A DNA stretch of 44,010 bases, the filler included, from Okamejei kenojei (taxonomy: Eukaryota), in the NCBI GenBank assembly GCA_035221665.1. It is 2 parts of 2 records of this genome, joined end to end, with 100 filler letters (N's around TTAATTAATTAA, not from the genome) between each part and the next. Parts side by side here need not be neighbours in the genome. Positions count along the whole stretch, not along the records: positions 20,159 to 44,010 come from JAVHYY010000050.1; 1 more part is not named here. One strand, given 5' to 3'. Below, in pieces: positions 24,174-35,103 of this stretch (position 1 is its first letter; the number at the start of each line of letters is the position of its first letter). Position numbers and translations under genes: made by a program. The notes beneath the pieces were generated by a model. That model had not been told where the DNA came from. It ran no database searches and saw only the letters and a program-made list of their open reading frames with translations.

Positions 24174-25805
24174 CAGTGGCTTGCAAAAGTATTCATACCC
24201 CTTGAACTTTTCCACATTTGTCACGTTACAACCACAAACATAAATGTATTTTATTGGGATTTTATGTGATAGACCAACACAAAGTGGCGCATAATTGTGA
24301 AGTGGAAGAAAATTGATACATGGTTTCCAAATTTTATTACAAATAAAAAACTGAAAATTGTCGCGTGCAAAAGAATTCAGCCCCCCTGAGTCAATACTTT
24401 GTAGAACCACCTTTCGCTGCAATTACAGCTGCAAGTCTTTTGGGGTATGTCGCTACCAGCTTTGCACATCTAGAGACTGACATTTTTGCCCAATCTTCTT
24501 TGCAAAATAGCTCAAGCTCAGTCGGATTGGATGGAGAGCGTCTGTGAACAGCAATTGTCAAGTCTTGCCAGAGATTCTCAATTGGAGTTGGGTCTGGACT
24601 TTGATTGGGCCATTCTAACACATGAATATGCTTTGATCTAAACCATTCCATTGTAGCTCTGGCTGTATGTTTAGGGTTGTTGTCCTGCTGGAAGGTGAAC
24701 CTCCGCCCCAGTCTCAAGTCTTTTGCAGACTCTAACAGGTTTTCTTCCCAGTTTGCCCTGTATTTGGGTCCATCCATCTTCCCATCAATTCTGACCAGCT
24801 GCCCTGTCCATGCTGAAGAAAAGCATCGCCACAGCATGATGCTGCCACCACCATGTTTCACAGTGGGGTTGGTGTGTTCAGGGTGATGTGCAGTGTTAGT
24901 TTCCCACCACACATAGCGTTTTGCATTTATGCCAAAAACTTTAATTTTGGTATCATCAGACCAGAGCACCTTCCTCCACATGTTTGCTGTGTCCCCCACA
25001 TGGCTTACGGCAAATTGCAAACGGGACTTCTTATGGCTTTGTTTCAACAATGGCTTTCTTCTTGCCACTCTTCCATAAAGGCCTGATTTGTGGAGTGCAC
25101 GACTAATAGTTGTCCTGTGGACAGAATCTCCCACCTGAGCTGTGGATCTCTGCAGCTCCTCCAGAGTTACCATGGATCTCTTGGCTGCTTCTCTGATCAA
25201 TGCTCTCCTTGCCTGGCCTGTCAGTTTAGGTGGACTGCCATGTCTTGGTAGGTTTGCAGTTGTGCCATACTCTTTCCATTTTCGGATGATAGATTGAACA
25301 GTGCTCCGTGAAATGTTCAAAGCTTGTGATATATTTTATAGAAACATAGAAACCCTGCTTTAAACTTCTCCACAGCTTTATCCCTGATCTGTCTGGTTTG
25401 TTCCTTGGGCTTCATGATGCCCAAGGAACATTGTTTGTTCACGAATGTTCTCTAACAAACCTCTGAGGCCTTCACAGAACAGCTGTATTTATACTGAGAT
25501 TATATTACACACAAGTGGACTCTATTTACTAATTAGGTGACTTCTGAAGGCAATTGGTTGCACTGGATTTTATTTAGGGGTATCAGAGTAAAGGGGGCTG
25601 AATACTTTTGCACGCCACACTTTTCAGATTTTTATTTGTAAAAAGGTTTGAAAACCATGTATCATTTTCCTTCCACTTCACAATTTTGCGCCACTTTGTG
25701 TTGGTCTATCACATAAAATCCTAATAAAATACATTTACGTTTGTGATTGTAACGTGACAAAATGTGGAAAAGTTCAAGGGGTATGAATACTTTTGAAAGC
25801 CACTG
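24174..25805 (-). mobile_element. Tc1/mariner DNA transposon, full length (1632 bp), about 213-bp TIRs, TA target duplication
   Basis: TA|CAGTGGCTTGCAAAAGTATTCATACCCCTTGAAC... at 24174, reverse complement ending ...CCACTG|TA at 25805. TIRs about 24174-24386 and 25593-25805. Confidence 0.97.
24391..25415 (-). pseudogene. Tc1 transposase (DD34E) with one N-terminal frameshift
   Basis: ATG at 25415 (MKPKEQTRQIRDKAVEKFKAG) is 95 nt upstream of, and out of frame with, the 309-codon ORF 24391-25320. Motifs WSDD, KHGGGSIM, QQDN-34 aa-E (SPDPTPIENLW). Confidence 0.9.
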
Positions 25806-25964
25806 TATGCCGAGAAGATATTGTTTTCAAAACGAGTGAAGATTTTCAGTTAAATATATGCAACGTGTTAGTCAAGTCAATCTGCAATGAAAGGACAAAT
25901 GCTAAATTAAAATCACAAGCGCACAATAGTAGGACAAGAGCATATACCGTACAGGTGAAATGGA

Positions 25965-26221
25965 TTTAAAAGGGGAGGAGTGGGGTGTATGTAATAGAAA
26001 ATGTATTACCTGCCTCCAAGTTAAAGGGGGAGGAGTGTTAAGTATGGGATAATTAGGATAAGTAATAGGTGCCTTGTGATATCTGGGGCAAGTACGCATG
26101 AGCAGAAAAAGACTGGTGGCGGCGTCCTGCAGAAGAGAAACTTGTATGATTGCTCCCGTGTCCGAGCCTTTATTCAAGACTGTTGAAAGCATCAGAATAC
26201 ACAACAAATGGCGACAAGGAT
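25965..26221 (+). mobile_element. Gypsy-like LTR (26036-26206, TGTT...AACA) preceded by a PPT and followed by a PBS
   Basis: Polypurine AAAGGGGGAGGAG directly before TGTT at 26036 (second PPT-like copy at about 25968); LTR ends ACAACA at 26206; TGGCGACAAGGA at 26209-26220. Confidence 0.65.
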
Positions 26222-27069
26222 AAAAGAACGAAGATAAGAACAAGGCCAGCAAGAAGAATAGAAAACAAAAGTTAAAAATAGAAGTAGTATTTGGAAACAA
26301 GTGGAACAGCACCATGCCAAATGGGTTTGAATTGGCGCCCAAAAGGAAAAAAGGTAGAAACGGGAAGCAATAGCTCTGGGAAGAGCTAGGAAAACAAGCT
26401 GGGGCAGTAAGCGTCACCAAGCACGGTGTCAGCTTACCTGGAATATATCCAGGGCTGTGCAGCCCAAAGCCAAGCCCAAGCAGCAGCCACGGACGTCGGG
26501 TGGGGGCCTAGTACCGTGAAGGCAGCGGACAGATCCAGAGGGCCACTGACAGAGGCTGGGGGGGGGGGGGGGGGGGGAGAAAACAGAGAAAGCCCGGTCG
26601 GGATCAGAATCAGCCCGACCGTGAACAGAAAAGTGGACAGGCCAGCGAGAGAAGTTGACTTGCGGCTAAAACTTGAACAGTATAATGTAAGTGACTGTCC
26701 TAAAAACTGTCGCGATCGCCAGCAAAGGCATGCAGGACTGATTATCTACAGCACCCGATTAGCAGCCGGTTTTTCATCTACTAAAAGACTAAACTGTTAA
26801 ATACCTTGAGACCCACAACATCCAAATGCCTTCAAAGTAATGGCTGAAGCAATAAATCAAATGGAACTGTAAATTAATTGCTGAATCTGCCAAAATAAAA
26901 GGGGGGGGGGGGGGGGGGGTGGAAAATAAGTGTTTGGTCATTGAGTGAAATCCAGTTCATCATATCGGGGTGGATGAATCAGAATCTGCACAAAAACATT
27001 AAAAGACTTGACAGTGTTCTATAGATGATTTCCTTTCATCATTGAGTAAAAAGTATCATTGCTAATTAA

Positions 27070-28945
27070 CGAGGTTTTCGACTTCCGGTGGCGCAATGGA
27101 GTAACAAAGGCGCAGCATCGATATCTGCTCCCGTTAAATCTTGAAAAAGACGGTTTGGAAGTCGGGACCGATTTAAAAACTCACGGGAGCTGTTTGACGT
27201 CGCGTAAGTGACGTCATCAGAAGTCGCCGCGAAAAGACGGAGAGTATCGGCAATTTTAAATGAAAAAAGGGAAAGCTCACCAGAAGCCTGCAAAACGTGC
27301 TGCAAGACCTGCTACAAGACTCTAACTGAAAAAAAAACTTGATAAGACTCCTCAAACTCCTCAAAGATCAGCTGAAAACTCTGAAGAAGAAGCTGACTCT
27401 CGAAGTCCTCCTACAGAATTGATTTCAGTCGGTAAGTGCTTCAGTTACCCAATATATTTCTAAATTGATAAAAACAAATTCAACATGGCAATGAGAAGCT
27501 GATGCTGAAAATTGATAACTTAAATAAACGTGTTGAAGAAATGGAGGAGGATTTAAACAGGAAAATTAAGCGGGTTGAAAACGACGGTAATAAGACGTTT
27601 GATTCAATTTTCAAGACCACTACAAAATATGATTCGGATATGGAAGAAATGGATATTACAATGACTGAGATGTCTAAGGAGATAAGGAGACTGAGAAAGG
27701 AGCAAGAAAGTACTGGGGTGCAACTTGCCAAAATGAAGGATAAATGTCTGGACTTGGAAGCAAGATCGAGAAGGCAGAATGTAAGAATAGTTGTTGTAAA
27801 AGAGGGAAGGGAGAGTGGACAAAACCCTCAGGAGTTTGCTGTCAACTTACTTAAACAAGTATTTAAGCTGCCTGGCAACCCGAGAATATACGTGGCTCAC
27901 CGGGTTCCACACAAGGATCAAGCAAGCTCAGCTGCCCCCCACCCCCAAGACGGATCATTGTGAAATTTTATGACATCTCTACTCTGGAGGAAATTATGAA
28001 ACTGATTCCATGTGGATCGAATTTGACGTTTGGAGAAGATAACCTAAGATTATTTCGTGACGATCCAGTTGAAATAGTTAAATAGAGGGACATGTTCATA
28101 AAGACAAGAATGATTTTGAAAGAAATTACTGGCATAAGATATGGAATAATGTACCCTGCAAAGATGAGGGTCACTTATAACTCTGTTGAACGTGCCCTCA
28201 CGGACCCAGAAGAGGCATTTAAATATGCACAAGGTATCGCACAGGAGTCGGTCTCTCATAACAACACAGAGGAGAAGCGGCGAAGAAAGCACTTTTCTAT
28301 TAAATAACCTGCTCTTGTTCAGGTGGCGGATTTCTCCACGAGGAGCTGTCTAGACACTTTATCTCTGGAATGTTAATTTAAGGTCAAACTTTATGATCCA
28401 CTCTGAATTAAGGACTTGGAAAGCAAGAGAAACCGTGGTGGAAAACAAACAGAATTTGGGAATACGAAAAAAACAATACTAACGGAATTGTATACAAAAA
28501 ATTAGGACTTAAGAAACATCCAATTATATACTAACATAAAATATTTAACTATTATTACTAACTTTACAACAATAACCCACTACTGAGTAATATTGATGCA
28601 CAGCGTAATAATGACTGACTTTTATCTCTTGATGTTTATTAACTTCTAAGTATATGAACAATGAGTTAAATATGATCGATAAGTATTAACAATATACTAC
28701 CAAACTTAATTAATGTAGTAGATTTAGTTTAAACAGTGCGTAAAGGGGTGGTGGAAAACTAGGTACTTGAAAATTATCCAAGGGTCTGATTCTGGTTAAC
28801 CACTGGAACCTGCTGCTGGCTAATATAAAATAATGGGACTTAATTCGGGAATGAAATGTAATAATTGTCGGTATATCGGCAGACGGGTGTATAACTAACA
28901 TACTTACTGTTATATTTGAGTGTTGTTGAGTATTATATTTGAGTG
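27070..28945 (+). mobile_element. L1-type LINE 5' portion: 5' UTR, disrupted ORF1 (about 27260-28307) and inter-ORF region
   Basis: Coiled-coil then KCLDLEARSRRQNVRIV..EGRE, AHRVP and IRYGIMYPAKMRVTY (L1 ORF1p RRM/CTD); CpG-rich 5' end gacttccggtggcg; several stops and frameshifts. Confidence 0.82.
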
Positions 28946-28949
28946 TTGT

Positions 28950-31267
28950 TGTACGTGGCCCCTTGGGCAAGAGTGACCTTAATATGGTTGAGTTCTTCAT
29001 TAGAATGGAGAGTGACATTGTTAATTCAGAAACACCGGTCCCGAACTTAAAGAAAGGTAACTTTGAGGGTATGAGACGTGAATTGGCCAAGATGGACTGG
29101 TAATTGATTTTTGAAGGGTTTGACGGTGGATATGCAATGGGAGGCATTTAAAGACTGCATGGATGAACTACAACAATTGTTCATCCCAGTATGGCAAAAG
29201 AATAAACCAGGGAAGGGAGCGCATCCGTGGATAACAAGGGAAATCAGGGATAGTATCAAAGCAAAAGATGAAACGTACAAATTAGCCAGAAAAAGCAGCC
29301 TACCATGGGACTGGGAGAAATTCAGAGACCAACAGAGGAGGACAAAGGGCTTAGTTAGGAAAGGGAAAATGGAGTATGAAAGAAAACTGGCAGGAAACAC
29401 AAAAAAACTGACTACAAACGTTTTTATCGATATGTGAAGCACAAAAGATTAGTTAACACAAATGTAGGTCCCTTGCAGTCAGAAACGGGTGAATTGATCA
29501 TGGGGAACAAGGACATGGCAGACCAATTGAATAACTACTTTGGTTCTGTCTTCACTAAGGAAGACATACATAATTTGCCGGAAATAGCAGGGGATCGCGG
29601 GTCAAATTAGATGGAGGAACTGAGTGAAATCCAGGTTAGCCGGAAAGTGGTGTTAGGTAAATTGAAAGGATTAAAGGCCGATAAAGCCACAGGGCCAGAT
29701 CGGCTGCATCCCAGGGTACTTAAGGATGTAGCCCCAGAAATAGCAGATGCCTTAATGAAAATTTTTCAAAACTCTTTAAACTCTGGAGTAGTTCCTGAGG
29801 ATTGGAGGGTAGCTAATGTAACCCCACTTTTTAAAAAAGCACGGAGAGAGAAAACGGGAATTACAGACCAGTTAGTCTAACATCGGTAGTGGGGAAACTG
29901 CTAGAGTCAGTTATTAAAGATGGGATAGCAGCGCATTTGTAAAGTGGTGAAATCATTGGAAAAGTCAGCATGGATTTGCGAAAGGTAAGTCATGTCTGAC
30001 GAATCTTATTGAATTTTTTGAGGATGTAACTAGTAGAGTGGATAAGGGAGAAACAGTGGATGTGTTATATCTGGACTTTCAGAAGGCTTTTGACAAAGTC
30101 CCACACAAGAGATTGGTATACAAACTTAAAGCACACGTATTGGTGGTTCAGTATTGATGTGGAAAGAGAAATGGCTGGTAGACAGGAAGCAGAGAGTAGG
30201 AGTGAACGGGTGCTTTTCAGGATGGCAGGCAGTGACTAGTGGGGTGCCGCAAAGCTCAGTGCTGGGACCCCAGCTATTTACAATATACATTAATGATTTG
30301 GACGAGGGAATTAAATGCAACATCTCGAAGTTTGCAGATGACACGAAGCTGGGGGGCAGTGTTAGATGTGAGGAGGATGCTAGGAGGCTGCAGGATGACT
30401 TGGATAGCCTGGGTGAGTGTGCAAATGCATGGCAGATGCAGTATGATGTGGATAAATGTGAGGTTATCCACTTTGGTGGCATAAACAGGAAAGTAGATTC
30501 TTATTTTGATTGGTGACCGATTAGGAAAAGGGGAGATGCAACGAGACCTGGGTGTCATGGTACACCAGTCATTGAAAGTAGGCATGCAGGTGCAGCAGGC
30601 TGTGAAGAAAGCGAATGGTATGTTGGCATTGATAGCAAAAGGATTTGAGTACAAGAGCAGGGAGGTTCTACTGCAGTTGTACAGGGTCTTGGCGAGGCCA
30701 CACCTGGAGTATTGCGTACAGTTTTGGTCTCCTAATCTGAGGAAAGACATTCTTGCCATAGAGGGAGTACAGAGAAGGTTGACCAGACTGATTCCTGGAA
30801 TGGCACGACTTCCATATGAAGAAAGACTGGATAGACTCGGCTTGTACTCGCTGGAATTTAGAAGATTGAGGGGTGATCTCATAGAGACTTACAACATTCT
30901 TAAGGGGTTGGACAGGCTAGATGCAGGAAGATTGTTCCCGATGTTGGGGAAGTCCAGTACAAGGGGTCACAGTTTAAGGATAAGGGGGAAGTCTTTTAGG
31001 ACCGAGATGAGAAAATCGTTTTTCACACAGAGAATGGTGAATCCGTGGAATACTCTGCCACAGAAGGTAGTTGAGGCCAGTTCGTTGGCCATATTTAAGA
31101 GGGAGTTAGATGTGTCCCTTGTGGCTGAAAGGATCAGGTATGGAGAGAAGGCAGGTGCAGGATACTGAATTGGATGATCAGCCATGATCATATTGAATGG
31201 CGGTGCAGGCTCGAAGGGCCGAATGGCCTGCTCCTGCACCTAATTTCTATGATTCTGTGATTCTATG
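28950..31267 (+). mobile_element. CR1 LINE, 5'-truncated ORF2 (RT) to 3' tail
   Basis: PGKGAHPWIT, GPDRLHPRVLK, GVPQSSVLGP, KFADDTKLGG, RDLGV, RPHLEYCVQFW; tail ttctatgattctgtgattctatg. Confidence 0.95.
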
Positions 31268-31269
31268 AA

Positions 31270-31577
31270 AGTAAAGCTATAGGTGAGGTGTGCCAGAAAT
31301 ACAAAAATCACGAGAGGAATGGACCGGGTAGATGCACGGAATATTTTGCCCAGCGAATCGACTACCAGAGGACACAGGTTTAAGGAGAAGGCAAACATGT
31401 TCAATAGCAATCCGTGGGGAAACAGTTTCACACATAGGGTAGTGGGTGTATGGAATAAGCTGCAACAGGAGGTAGTCGAGTCTGGGACTATCCCAATCGT
31501 TTAAGAAACAGTTAGACAGGTACATAGATATGAGACATTTGAAGGGATATGGACCAAACGCAGGCAAGTGGGACTAG
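31270..31577 (+). mobile_element. CR1 3' fragment (different subfamily)
   Basis: TRGHRFK..FTHRVVGVWNKL; ends gcaggcaagtgggactag like the 9378 element. Confidence 0.8.
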
Positions 31578-31589
31578 ACGATAGAGAAT

Positions 31590-31969
31590 AGCTGCAGGAG
31601 TAGGCCATTCGGCCCTTCGAGCCTGCACCACCATTCAATGTGATCATGGCTGATCATTCCCAATCATTGGCACGTTCCTGCCTTCTCCCCATATCTCATG
31701 ACTCCACTATTTTTAAGAGCCCTATACAGCTCTCTCTTGTAAGCATCCAGCGAACCCGCCTCCACCACCCTCTGAGGCAGATAATTACACAGACTCGCCA
31801 CGCTCTGTAAGAAAAAGTATTTCCTCTTTTCCGTTCTAAATGGCTTACGCCATATTGTTAAAATGTGGCCCCTGGTTCTGGTCTCCCTCAACATCGTGGA
31901 CATGTATCCTGCCTCTAGCGTGTCCAAGCCCTTGACAAACTTATCTCTTTCATAGAAACATAGAAATTA

Positions 31970-32047
<78 letters not shown>

Positions 32048-33222
32048 TTTATTACGGACTCAAGGTCCAGACAAGGGGCAACATTACATTAAAAATGCAT
32101 TGCATATCAAATATCATAAATATATATAAAATCATGGTAAATCACATAAAAACATCATAATTTATATATTAAAAAAAAAAGCCCACAATACTTAAGTTAA
32201 AAATCCAGAGTAAAAAATGATCAATGTCGTACAACGAGACAACGATACCAGTGTCTCCACAACTGGGATTCGTAGCGTGTAGTGCTAACCCTTATGTTTG
32301 TCAAGGCCACAATAAGCACATTTTTAGAGTCATTTATCCTGCAAAAGGATTTATACATGTGGTGTCTTAGGATAGCTTCTAGAGTACTGACTCCTGCAGC
32401 CACAAACATATTACTGGCACTATACCATCTTGGTTGCCTAAGCAGTGTTCTCATGGCATCGTTATATGCAACCTTTAGTCTCTGCATACTTGTCTTTAAA
32501 TGGTTCGACCACAGGTGCGCAGTGTAGAGGGGTGTGCAGTATGCTCTAAATAGCGACATTTTCACCACATCTGCACACGCACCAAATTTACGCAAGATGA
32601 TATTCGCCTGTATATACAGCATGCGTCGTTGCCTATAAATATCCTCATCATCTGTCAGTTGTTCTGTAATAATATGCCCTAGATATTTTATCTTATTACA
32701 GACACTAAGATTGTTGTCAGACAATTTAAAATCAGGATATTTTAGGCTTTTATCCTCTTTGGTTCTACAGACCATAACAGCACTCTTACTAGCATTATAT
32801 TTAATGTCATGTTCCAAACCATACACGGAACATGCAGTAAGGAGCTGCAGGAGTAGGCCATTCGGCCCTTCGAGCCTGCACCACCATTCAATGTGATCAT
32901 GGCTGATCATTCCCAATCATTGGCACGTTCCTGCCTTCTCCCCATATCTCATGACTCCACTATTTTTAAGAGCCCTATACAGCTCTCTCTTGTAAGCATC
33001 CAGCGAACCCGCCTCCACCACCCTCTGAGGCACATAATTACACAGACTCGCCACGCTCTGTAAGAAAAAGTATTTCCTCTTTTCCGTTCTAAATGGCTTA
33101 CGCCATATTGTTAAAATGTGGCCCCTGGTTCTGGTCTCCCTCAACATCGTGAACATGTATCCTGCCTCTAGCGTGTCCAAGCCCTTGACAAACTTATCTC
33201 TTTCATAGAAACATAGAAATTA

Positions 33223-33294
<72 letters not shown>

Positions 33295-34088
33295 TTTATT
33301 ACGGACTCAAGGTCCAGACAAGGGGCAACATTACATTAAAAATGCATTGCATATCAAATATCATAAATATATATAAAATCATGGTAAATCACATAAAAAC
33401 ATCCTAATTTATATATTTTAAAAAAAGTCCACAATACTTAAGTTAAAAATCCAGAGTAAAAAATGATCAATGTCGTACAACGAGACAACGATACCAGTGT
33501 CTCCACAACTGGGATTCGTAGCGTGTAGTGCTAACCCTTATGTTTGTCAAGGCCACAATAAGCACATTTTTAGAGTCATTTATCCTGCAAAAGGATTTAT
33601 ACATGTGGTGTCTTAGGATAGCTTCTAGAGTACTGACTCCTGCAGCCACAAACATATTACTGGCACTATACCATCTTGGTTGCCTAAGCAGTGTTCTCAT
33701 GGCATCGTTATATGCAACCTTTAGTCTCTGCATACTTGTCTTTAAATAGTTCGACCACAGGTGCGCAGTGTAGAGGGGTGTGCAGTATGCTCTAAATAGC
33801 GACATCTTCACCACATCTGCACACGCACCAAATTTACGCAAGATGATATTCGCCTGTATATACAGCATGCGTCGTTGCCTATAAATATCCTCATCATCTG
33901 TCAGTTGTTCTGTAATAATATGCCCTAGATATTTTATCTTATTACAGACACTAAGATTGTTGTCAGACAATTTAAAATCAGGATATTTTAGGCTTTTATC
34001 CTCTTTGGTTCTACAGACCATAACAGCACTCTTACTAGCATTATATTTAATGTCATGTTCCAAACCATACACGGAACATGCAGTAAGG
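31590..34088. repeat. Tandem duplication, two units (31590-32842, 32843-34088), each CR1 fragment + (TAA)n + LINE 3' end
   Basis: Near-identical 1253 and 1246 bp units; (TAA)25 at 31972-32046 versus (TAA)23 at 33225-33293; a few SNPs. Confidence 0.95.
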
Positions 34089-35103
34089 AGCTGCTGGAGA
34101 CCAGCGCTAGATGGACTAAAGACCACAAGATCATCTGCTTGCATCATATGGTTCACTAAAATATTACCAATCACGCACCCAGTGTTACAGGCTTTGAATT
34201 ATTTAGATAGATCATCAATATATAGATTTAAAAGGGTCTGGGGATAAAATTCCCCCTTGTCTAACACCATTGCTAACCCCAAATGGGGCTGAGACCCTAT
34301 TGCCCCATTTTATTTGCATAGTCTGGTTGGCATACCAGTAGGCCAGTTTTCTCACAATGTATTTGGACACCCCCCTTTGACACATTTTACCAAACAGCTT
34401 TCTGTGATTAACACGGTCAAAGGCTTTGGAAGCATCAATAAAGCACATAAGGATTGAAGAGTTTTTGCCTCTATATTTGTTTACAATCTCCTTTAGGGCA
34501 TATATGCATAAGTCAGTGCCATGTTTAGCTTTAAAGCCAAACTGGTTATCTGTGGAGTTAACAAACTCATGTATTCTATCCAGCAGAACTCTTTCTAAGA
34601 CTTTTGACAATATTCTGGCTAAAGCTATGGGCCTGTAATTATTTAGACTGCCTACTTTACCAGCTTTGTCCTAAATAACCGGCACTAACAGGACAGACAA
34701 CATTGAGTCTGGTAACATGCCACGAATCATAAAGCCAGTAAAACAAATAGCTAAGAGAGGAGCTATCCTCATAGTCGCATACTTAAGATGTTCAGCAGAG
34801 ATATGATCCAAGCCGCTTGCTTTGTTGTTGGACAGCTTGTTCAATGCAGGATACACCTCATGTGACATAATCACCATCGAGTCATTACTCTCAATATTGT
34901 CCACCCTATACAAGTCACCTTGGGCACAGTTGAATAAAGTGCTGTAATGTTGTCGCCATAACTCCGCGATATTAGCCGTTCCGGAGATTCCATCTACAGT
35001 ACATGGTAGAGAGGTTTTGCAACTGCCAAGAGCTCTCACTTCCGTCCAAAAATCTATAGCATTGTTACTTAGCAGCTTCTTAGCCATGGAATCAGCCCTC
35101 ATA
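33225..35103 (-). mobile_element. RTE-X-like non-LTR retrotransposon, 5'-truncated, (TTA)n tail; 3' part duplicated at 31972-32842
   Basis: NKASGLDHISAEHLK, QFGFKAKHGT, FIDASKAFDRVNH, GVRQGGILSP, MQADDLV (YADD mutated), KYLGH, LFRAYC; AATAAAG followed by (TTA)n. Clade call is from motif recall. Confidence 0.8.
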
